Assembly (NCBI GenBank): GCA_964468425.1
Contig: CAYXSZ010000004.1
Span: forward strand, 1-12,466
DNA: 12,466 bases
Direction: 5' to 3'
From: Candidatus Woesearchaeota archaeon
GTDB taxonomy: Archaea > Nanobdellota > Nanobdellia > Nanobdellales > Nanobdellaceae
Positions 1 to 5,476 of the stretch are shown here, one piece after another. Position numbers and translations under genes: made by a program. The notes beneath the pieces were generated by a model. It was not told the DNA's origin. It saw nothing but the letters and a program-made list of their open reading frames with translations, and searched no databases. Each line of letters opens with the position of its first letter. Positions within the stretch are counted from its first letter, which is position 1.

Positions 1-1086
1 GAGCCTTTCTGGATTTATTCCTTTTTCTTTTACCTGGTTGATTAACTTTTCGTAGCGGTGCTCTCGCTGACCTCCAGAGGCAATCTCTAATCCCCTGAAG
101 ATTAGATCAAAAGATTTTGTGCGCTTGGGATCTTCATCGAAGCGCATGTAGTAAAAAGCACGAGAGTACGATGGATATTCGGTTACAAATATAAAATCGG
201 TATTGTATTCTTCTTTAGCGTATTCTCCGAGGATTCTTTCTCCTTCTGTTGAAATATCGTCCCACCTGTAAGCTTCAGGACTCTTTTCTTTTATGATCCT
301 TTGAGCTTCCTCGAAGGTTATTCTTGGGATTTGATCTACGTTCGCGCCAAAGTGCTTTGAAACGTACCTAACAGCCTCCTCGAGAACGTCCATCACCTCG
401 TTGTAGTCTTCTATGTAGCTTATCTCAGCGTCAACAGATCGAAACTCTGTGAGATGTCTCGGAGTAAACGAAATTTCCGACCTATAGTAGCTAGCAATTT
501 CAAACACACCTTTTACTCCAGAAGCTAGAATCATTTGTTTGTAGAGTTGGGGACTTTGAGCCAAGTAAGCTTCTTTATCGAAGTAAAGAATAGAAAATAC
601 TTCAGAACCAGATTCAGTTCCCATTATAACTATTTTCGGAGTAAACACCTCCAGATATCCTTTTTTAATGAAAAATTCCCTGAAAAGTTGTGCTACCCTT
701 GCATAGGTTTCGAAGATCCTGAAGTATTCTGGAAGGCGCAGAACGAGTTGTCTATACTTTATTTTCTTATCTTTGCTCATTTTTCGGAGAGTCCATTGAT
801 CAAAAATCTCTTCAAGAGTTTTCGATAATACTTCTAAATCGTTAGCTCTTAGCTCGATCCCGTTTGGAGCTCTTTGATCTTCGCAAAGAATTCCCTTTAC
901 CTTTAAGGAGTCTCCTCTTCGAACCTTTTCTTCTCCCTCGTAAACAACTTGGAGATTATTTCCTCCGTCCGTGAGAATGATGAACTTTTTAGCTCCGAGG
1001 TCCCGAATGTGTAAAACAACTCCGTAAACTGTCAGTTCCTTCCCTACCAACTCCTTGGAGACATCCGAAGGTGTTAGCTTCTCCAT
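1..1086 (-). CDS. aspS: Aspartyl-tRNA synthetase, archaeal/eukaryal type. N-terminal 362 codons only; the 3' end lies beyond the left window edge.
   Basis: The minus-strand frame is open from ATG (1086..1084) to position 1. It is missing from the supplied track because it runs off the window. Hand translation begins MEKLTPSDVSKELVGKELTVYGVVLHIRDLG (OB anticodon-binding domain). Further on it contains FTPKIV, LAQSPQLYKQ, YYRSEISFTPRHLTEF (class II motif 2) and FDLIFRGLEIASGGQREHRYEKL, which are typical of archaeal AspRS. Confidence 0.85.
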   Translation of the reverse strand, partial: MEKLTPSDVSKELVGKELTVYGVVLHIRDLGAKKFIILTDGGNNLQVVYEGEEKVRRGDSLKVKGILCEDQRAPNGIELRANDLEVLSKTLEEIFDQWTLRKMSKDKKIKYRQLVLRLPEYFRIFETYARVAQLFREFFIKKGYLEVFTPKIVIMGTESGSEVFSILYFDKEAYLAQSPQLYKQMILASGVKGVFEIASYYRSEISFTPRHLTEFRSVDAEISYIEDYNEVMDVLEEAVRYVSKHFGANVDQIPRITFEEAQRIIKEKSPEAYRWDDISTEGERILGEYAKEEYNTDFIFVTEYPSYSRAFYYMRFDEDPKRTKSFDLIFRGLEIASGGQREHRYEKLINQVKEKGINPERL

Positions 1087-1109
1087 GAAATAATCTTTTG
1101 GGCTAAGTG

Positions 1110-1132
1110 TTTTTAACTATAAGGTTTTTAAA
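1110..1132. promoter_or_regulatory. Back-to-back divergent TATA elements serving aspS (minus) and rpoD (plus).
   Basis: tttttaactataa (1110-1122) reads TTATAGTTAAAAA on the minus strand, 24-36 nt upstream of the aspS ATG. tttttaaa (1125-1132) is centred about 26 nt upstream of ATG 1154. Confidence 0.45.
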
Positions 1133-1153
1133 GTGTTCCAGGATGTATTCTTA

Positions 1154-1918
1154 ATGGTTGAAATTAAGGTTCTGGAGCGAGATAAAGATCAATTTGCGAG
1201 CGACAACAAAACTTCTACATTAAAATTACTCATAAAAGGTGAAACACATCAGTTTCTTAACGTTCTTCGAAGAATTATTCAGGAAGAGGTTAAAACCCTC
1301 GCAATAGAGGATGTTTACGTTATCGAAAATTCTTCTGCCTTGTGGGACGAGTTCATAGCTCATAGACTGGGATTAATAGTATTAAACACGCCTGAAAAGT
1401 TGAGTTATGGGGATGAAGTTAAACTAACGTTGGAAAAGGAAGGAAAAGGTTATGTTTACGCTTCCGATATAAAATCTGAAAATAAAGACGTATATCCAGT
1501 TTATCCGGAAACGCCAATCGCCTACTTGGGGGAAGGGCAGAGAATCAAGCTAAGCTTGGTTGCAAAGTTTGGAAATGGGAGGGAACACGCTAAGTGGATT
1601 CCTGCTCACGTCTATTACTATAGACTTGCGGACGTAAAGATAAAGGGAAAGTTAACTAACGATGACAAAAAGACTCTAGAGGAGCTTGGAGTTAAAGTTG
1701 AAAAGAACAAAATAAAGCTACCAAAAGAAAAGGAAAACGATCGAACGCTAATAGATGCTATAGAATCCGCTCTTAAAGATAAAGTGGAGGTAATCCCAAA
1801 GGATGAGTTCGTTTTCGTAGTGGAATCCTTTGGACAGTATTCTGCCGAAAAAGTTGTGCTTCTTGGATTGGAGGAGTTGAAAATAAAGCTGAAAAACTTG
1901 CTTAACTCGTTAATATAA
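1154..1918 (+). CDS. rpoD: DNA-directed RNA polymerase subunit D (Rpo3/Rpb3 homologue).
   Basis: FLNVLRRIIQEEVKTLAIEDVYVIENSSALWDEFIAHRLGLIVL is the Rpb3/RpoD dimerisation-domain signature. The protein has no Cys, so it lacks the Fe-S domain. The track starts the ORF at GTG 1133, but in-frame ATG 1154 (MVEIKVLERD) sits about 26 nt after the TATA centre, which fits a leaderless start. Confidence 0.85.
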   Translation: MVEIKVLERDKDQFASDNKTSTLKLLIKGETHQFLNVLRRIIQEEVKTLAIEDVYVIENSSALWDEFIAHRLGLIVLNTPEKLSYGDEVKLTLEKEGKGYVYASDIKSENKDVYPVYPETPIAYLGEGQRIKLSLVAKFGNGREHAKWIPAHVYYYRLADVKIKGKLTNDDKKTLEELGVKVEKNKIKLPKEKENDRTLIDAIESALKDKVEVIPKDEFVFVVESFGQYSAEKVVLLGLEELKIKLKNLLNSLI

Positions 1919-1921
1919 ATA

Positions 1922-2812
1922 TTGAACTTTCCAAGACCCGACGCTAGAAAGATCTTAAAAAATTACTTGAGCTACCTTTCGTATCTATTTTTTAAGAAAG
2001 TATTTCTATTTGGGTTTGCTGTGTATTTCGCGGAAAGAATCTCCGTAAACGCTGTATTTACTTTTATTTTGTTTTGTTTCAACTATCTATCGGTTTACTT
2101 TGGAAACGACCTAATAGATAGAAGGTTTGATAAGGATAGAAAATTTCTTTTGGACTACAAGCTGCGAATGTCTGAAAGGACGTTGCTTTATCTCTTCATC
2201 TCACACTCAATAATACCATTTGCGATTCTATCTGCGATTAATCCGAGAATAGCTATCGTTAGCTTTTTAGCCTCTGCATTTGGCGTCGTAAGAAGTTATT
2301 TTAGGAAACCTGCGATCAGAGAATTTACTTTGTTTTTACTGCAAATCATACAACTATTTTTGATGTTCGATATGTTGGGAGCTGTAGACGAATTTGTTGA
2401 ACATATATTTTTAATAACGTTGTTTTCCTTGATGTACACGGTTTATTATTACTTTCATAAAATTCCTGAGAAGGGGGAAGCGTTGTCGAAAACAATTGCA
2501 TACATTCTATTGTGTATTATCGTAAATGTGTTTGCACTTGCCGAGGTGGAGGACATAATAACTCTACTATACGCTGTTGGAGTCGTTCCTGGTCTCGTGT
2601 ACACTCGGAGAATGTTTGTCGGTAGTGATCTTAAAACAGAGAGCTTCAAGAAGACAGTAATAGCATTTCACTTGCTTGGCTTGTTTTCTGGAGCATTGCT
2701 CATGGCTCTAGGTTTGCTTCACGCAAAAATATACTTAAATATTTGTAATACGCAGCTCAGCTCCTTATGTTACCTGGTTAACTCATTGAAAGGGCTAACA
2801 CTAAATTGGTAG
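1922..2812 (+). CDS. Polytopic membrane protein, divergent UbiA-prenyltransferase-like.
   Basis: About 8-9 hydrophobic helices. After the second helix there is an NDLIDRRFD sequence matching the first UbiA Asp-rich motif NxxxDxxxD. I could not find a clear second Asp-rich motif or RPxPSG. The only start that retains TM1 is TTG 1922, 3 nt after the rpoD stop. Confidence 0.5.
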   Translation: MNFPRPDARKILKNYLSYLSYLFFKKVFLFGFAVYFAERISVNAVFTFILFCFNYLSVYFGNDLIDRRFDKDRKFLLDYKLRMSERTLLYLFISHSIIPFAILSAINPRIAIVSFLASAFGVVRSYFRKPAIREFTLFLLQIIQLFLMFDMLGAVDEFVEHIFLITLFSLMYTVYYYFHKIPEKGEALSKTIAYILLCIIVNVFALAEVEDIITLLYAVGVVPGLVYTRRMFVGSDLKTESFKKTVIAFHLLGLFSGALLMALGLLHAKIYLNICNTQLSSLCYLVNSLKGLTLNW

Positions 2813-2909
2813 TGGGCCCGCCGGGATTCGAACCCGGGGCCTCCGGCTTTCTCAGTGTCAAGAGCCCGACCTTATAAGGCCGGCGCTCTCACCGCTGAGC
2901 TACGGGCCC
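2813..2909 (-). tRNA. tRNA-Ile, anticodon UAU, with a 24-nt intron at the canonical 37/38 position.
   Basis: Hand-folded cloverleaf: GGGCCCG-UA-GCUC-AGCGGUGA-GAGC-G-CCGGC-CU[UAU]A/intron/A-GCCGG-AGGCC-CCGGG-UUCGAAU-CCCGG-CGGGCCC-A. That is 73 nt of mature sequence plus 24 nt of intron, 97 nt in total. No CCA is encoded. Confidence 0.8.
2849..2872 (-). other. tRNA intron with bulge-helix-bulge geometry.
   Basis: Intron sequence is AGGUCGGGCUCUUGACACUGAGAA. Its 3' UGAG pairs with loop nucleotides C32-A35 to form the 4-bp central helix. That helix is flanked by 3-nt bulges UA|A and AA|A, which place both splice sites symmetrically. An inner GUC/GAC helix closes the intron. Confidence 0.7.
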
Positions 2910-2919
2910 AATTTCTTTT

Positions 2920-3381
2920 TTAAGGTTGATTAGTTTTTAAATCTATTTCCTTTACTACGAATCTTTTACACAAGCTCCCGCAGCGGTGACAAATTTCTCT
3001 GTTAGTAATCCTTTTACAGTTTTCGCAGAAAAAACAATACACCAACGCCTTTTCAATTTGAACGTCTCCTTGAAACTTAATTCCTAGAAAGTAACATAAG
3101 TTCTGGATATGAAAGTCGTTCGTACATAACACGCAATCGTCTTTGTGCTCTAAAGCGAGTGCAACGAGCTTTAGATCAGCGTCAGATAAGTAACCAAGAA
3201 CTCCAATCTCTTCAGCCACCTTTTTAACCTTATCGAGGAACTCTCTTTTGACTGAAATGGTTTTTACATTTCCAAGCGCCTTTGCAAACCCCTCGCTCCT
3301 CGCTTCTTCAAGAATTTCCTTAACAGTGTATCCATCCTCGTAGGGATGCTTTTTTAGGTAGGAAAGATCTAGTATTTTCAT
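2920..3381 (-). CDS. nob1: Nob1-like endoribonuclease (PIN domain plus C-terminal zinc ribbon).
   Basis: N-terminal MKILDLS supplies the PIN acidic residue. LSDADLKLVALALEHKDDCVLCTNDFHIQNLCYFLGIKF matches the archaeal Nob1 core (LSxaDxxvLALA...TDDysiQNva). CENC...CHRCG is a C4 zinc ribbon. Confidence 0.7.
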   Translation of the reverse strand: MKILDLSYLKKHPYEDGYTVKEILEEARSEGFAKALGNVKTISVKREFLDKVKKVAEEIGVLGYLSDADLKLVALALEHKDDCVLCTNDFHIQNLCYFLGIKFQGDVQIEKALVYCFFCENCKRITNREICHRCGSLCKRFVVKEIDLKTNQP

Positions 3382-3420
3382 TTTTAATAAGGGTAGGAAC
3401 GTTTTTTAGGAGCCGGGTCT

Positions 3421-3491
3421 TGGGCCCGGGGGGATTCGAACCCCCGTCATCGGGTCTGGAGCCCGACAGCCTGCCGCTAGCCGACGGGCCC
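3421..3491 (-). tRNA. tRNA-Trp, anticodon CCA, no intron.
   Basis: GGGCCCG-UC-GGCU-AGCGGCA-GGCU-G-UCGGG-CU[CCA]GA-CCCGA-UGAC-GGGGG-UUCGAAU-CCCCC-CGGGCCC-A, 71 nt. The D stem has two G-U pairs. No CCA is encoded. Confidence 0.85.
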
Positions 3492-3513
3492 TAAAGCCCG
3501 CGAGTCATCTATG

Positions 3514-3522
3514 TTATAAATA
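3514..3522. promoter_or_regulatory. Quasi-palindromic TATA box that may drive both tRNA-Trp (minus) and the C/D sRNA (plus).
   Basis: ttataaata reads TATTTATAA on the minus strand. Its centre is 27 nt upstream of tRNA-Trp G1 (3491) and about 24 nt upstream of the C box (3542). Confidence 0.45.
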
Positions 3523-3539
3523 GTTTTGTGCAAAGTTTA

Positions 3540-3597
3540 TAATGATGACGCAAGGCATTGCTGATACAAAATGATGTATTATTCCCGCGACTGAGAC
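3540..3597 (+). ncRNA. Box C/D sRNA (2'-O-methylation guide).
   Basis: The layout is C box AUGAUGA (3542-3548), a 12-nt guide CGCAAGGCAUUG, D' CUGA (3561-3564), a 6-nt spacer, C' AUGAUGU (3571-3577), a 13-nt guide AUUAUUCCCGCGA, and D CUGA (3591-3594). This is the canonical archaeal 12-nt guide geometry. It lies in an intergenic gap. Confidence 0.8.
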
Positions 3598-3605
3598 AAA
3601 TGTAA

Positions 3606-3914
3606 CTAGAATTCTTCTTCAACCTCGAGGTATCCATTTCTCCTCAACCATTCAACCTCGGTTGGGAGGTAAATATAGATTATGTCTCCCTTTTTGTCTC
3701 CTTCAATTTCCCAAGGATCTACGATTACGTAATCTCCCTTTCTAAGCCAAATTCTTCGGGAAATCTTCTTGGGAACTCGACAAATTCTTACTTTACCGTC
3801 CAGACACCTAACCTTAGCGTGAGCCCATCCAACGAGCTCCTCGATTATACCAATAACCTGCCTTCCTTTTGGGAGAGGAACTTTACCCTCCTTTTCTTCA
3901 GATTTCTTACCCAT
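3606..3914 (-). CDS. eif1a: Translation initiation factor aIF-1A.
   Basis: S1/OB core VIGIIEELVGWAHAKVRCLDGKVRICRVPKKISRRIWLRKGDYVIVDPWEIEGDKKGDIIYIY matches the aIF1A/eIF1A family. The protein ends in an acidic-aromatic tail, LEVEEEF. Confidence 0.9.
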   Translation of the reverse strand: MGKKSEEKEGKVPLPKGRQVIGIIEELVGWAHAKVRCLDGKVRICRVPKKISRRIWLRKGDYVIVDPWEIEGDKKGDIIYIYLPTEVEWLRRNGYLEVEEEF

Positions 3915-3954
3915 TTAGGGTAAGGATGTTAAAAAATAAATGTTAATTGGGTGT

Positions 3955-4116
3955 TTACTCTTCTTCCTCTAGAAATTCTTCCTCCTCTTCGAAAAGTTCT
4001 TCTTCTTCCTCGAAGAACTCCTCTTCAAATTCTTCCTCCTCGTCAAAAACGAATTCGTCTTCGAATTCGTCTTCCTCTTGGAGTCTCAAGATGAGCTCGT
4101 CAACAGTCATATCCAT
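3955..4116 (-). CDS. Hypothetical hyper-acidic, Phe-punctuated microprotein (53 aa, or 51 aa if translation starts at ATG 4110).
   Basis: Hand translation: MDMTVDELILRLQEEDEFEDEFVFDEEEEFEEEFFEEEEELFEEEEEFLEEEE*. It has an ATG start and a TAA stop. A TATA-like ttttttaaaaatat (4127-4140, minus-strand reading) lies upstream. It has the same orientation as all neighbouring genes. The track shows only the antisense poly-Ser ORF. Confidence 0.5.
   Translation of the reverse strand: MDMTVDELILRLQEEDEFEDEFVFDEEEEFEEEFFEEEEELFEEEEEFLEEEE
4051..4074. repeat. Perfect 12-nt tandem duplication, gaattcgtcttc x2.
   Basis: Read directly at 4051-4062 and 4063-4074. On the minus strand it encodes the EDEF-EDEF unit of the acidic ORF. 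It sits inside a longer GAA/GAG-TTC low-complexity tract (3958-4080). Confidence 0.9.
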
Positions 4117-4154
4117 CTATCAACAGATATTTTTAAAAAAGTTTCGCAGGGAGT

Positions 4155-4751
4155 TCACAACCTCACTGCGACCGTGACTTTATAAACTTTTTTTGAGGAA
4201 ATTTTGTCGTATGTCACCAGCTTCCTCGAGATCTTTATCGAACTCGAGATCGCTCGAAGGTATTTTAGGAGCTTCTTGAACTCGAGGCGGTTGAGTTTGA
4301 AGTACAGATCAATGCCTTCGGGAAGCAACTTACAATTTACTGGAAAAAATCGATTTGAAAGTTCTTTTGCGATTTGCTCTACCTTTGTTTTTTCTCCACG
4401 GAGCTGGATCTTGTAGTTATACGATCTAGGGTTAAGATATCTCTTACATTCGTTGCAGATAAATTGTTTCTCGGAGAATTCTATTTGTATCACGACGTTG
4501 TCTGATAGAACTTCTATGTGAGTTTCGCATACTTTAACATCCCCACCAAACTCTTCCTTTATTTTGTTTATTAGATCATCACGCGTATAAATCTTGTTTT
4601 CATATAGAACTCTTCCGCAGATCGAGCAAACCTTGACATTTCGCCTCTTTTTTATGAACTTCCTCGAAACCTCTCGGTAACACTCTTCGCATAAGCCATT
4701 ACGGAGCTTTTTTGCTTCTTTTCCACACCTAGCGCATATTCTCCTGTACAT
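4155..4751 (-). CDS. NMD3-family protein (large-subunit ribosome biogenesis factor homologue), short form.
   Basis: The N-terminus has paired Cys clusters, CARCG...GLCEEC and CSICG, plus a later CNEC, resembling the NMD3 N-terminal zinc-binding region. It overlaps the upstream DUF424 gene by 23 nt. Confidence 0.6.
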   Translation of the reverse strand: MYRRICARCGKEAKKLRNGLCEECYREVSRKFIKKRRNVKVCSICGRVLYENKIYTRDDLINKIKEEFGGDVKVCETHIEVLSDNVVIQIEFSEKQFICNECKRYLNPRSYNYKIQLRGEKTKVEQIAKELSNRFFPVNCKLLPEGIDLYFKLNRLEFKKLLKYLRAISSSIKISRKLVTYDKISSKKVYKVTVAVRL

Positions 4752-5049
4752 TGAAGATTAAGAGAATCGGAACTCCTTCAATGATTTTAGCTCTTTTTGC
4801 ATCTTCTTCCGAGATTACATCCAATTTTATCAGGAGTTCGATAGATCTCCTGCCGACCGCGTGAATGCTAATGGCATTTTCAAACAGGTTTTTAGAGATT
4901 TCTTCGGAGCTAACTTCTTTTCCCTCGTAAAACTTTCCGATTTCGTATTTGATTTCTTCAGATTCTAGAACCTTTCCGCAAAGCTCAGCATCGCAAATGG
5001 TAATTATCTTTCCGTTTAGAGCTGGATATTCATTGATTAAAAATTTCAT
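4729..5049 (-). CDS. DUF424-family small protein.
   Basis: The pattern IITICDAELCGKVL...KYEIGKFYEGKEVSSEE...AISIHAVGRRSIELLIKLDVISEED...IEGVPILLIF matches my memory of the archaeal DUF424 consensus (vaaCDeeLlGk...FYgg..v.eee...n.vG..sv..a.e.glI......i.GvPha). It has a 4-nt overlap with aIF2-beta. Confidence 0.55.
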   Translation of the reverse strand: MKFLINEYPALNGKIITICDAELCGKVLESEEIKYEIGKFYEGKEVSSEEISKNLFENAISIHAVGRRSIELLIKLDVISEEDAKRAKIIEGVPILLIFNVQENMR

Positions 5050-5465
5050 AACTTATAAAGCACGGGCGATTCAGCTCCGCAAGCCATGCACTTTATGTAA
5101 AGAATTCTGTCGCGTTTTTCGAGAACTGTATCTGGCTTGCCACAAACGGGGCAGATCACGAATTCTCTTGCGAACCTCTCCATCTTATTCTTTACACTTT
5201 CCAAGGACACCTTCTTTAATATTACAATAGCGTTCCCCTCGACTCTTGTTGGTGAATTAAACTCGACCTGGAGGAACTTCGCAAGCAAGTTCAAGTCTCT
5301 ATTGAAGACTGAAGAAAATTCTCTGGCGTTAAGTATTATAGTCCAGTTTTTTTGGTAGTTGATTCTTGGAAGAGGGATTTCGAGTTGATCCCTCGCTGAA
5401 GTGGTTGTTACTTTGTTTTTTAGTAGCTCGTAAGCTTCCTCCAGCATTTCAAGATAAGACTTCAT
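5046..5465 (-). CDS. eif2b: Translation initiation factor aIF-2 beta subunit.
   Basis: Length is 139 aa. Contains the central aIF2-beta/eIF5-type core and a C-terminal C4 zinc ribbon, CPVCGKPDT...CMACGA. Confidence 0.9.
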   Translation of the reverse strand: MKSYLEMLEEAYELLKNKVTTTSARDQLEIPLPRINYQKNWTIILNAREFSSVFNRDLNLLAKFLQVEFNSPTRVEGNAIVILKKVSLESVKNKMERFAREFVICPVCGKPDTVLEKRDRILYIKCMACGAESPVLYKL

Positions 5466-5476
5466 TGGAACTGTGT

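Noticed and set aside
535-828. 97-aa plus-strand ORF from the track.
   Set aside because: It is antisense to the strongly supported AspRS frame, and its sequence resembles no family I recognise.
3540-3597. The idea that the C/D sRNA guides methylation of the adjacent tRNA-Trp (C34/U39), as the intron-encoded guide does in Euryarchaeota.
   Set aside because: I compared both guides (CGCAAGGCAUUG and AUUAUUCCCGCGA) by eye with the tRNA-Trp and tRNA-Ile sequences and found no complementarity of 6-7 nt or more. Partial resemblance of the predicted targets to conserved rRNA stretches, for example the CCGCGGUAAUAC region of 16S, has too many mismatches to call.
3947-4177. Plus-strand 76-aa ORF from the track encoding a poly-Ser protein (SSSSRNSSSSSKSSSSSS...).
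   Set aside because: It is the antisense reading of the (GAA/GAG)n-TTC tract. It needs a TTG start, runs against the orientation of every neighbouring gene and overlaps the NMD3 3' end. It would be about 60% Ser, which is implausible. The minus-strand acidic ORF, with its ATG and upstream TATA, is the better model, although neither is proven.
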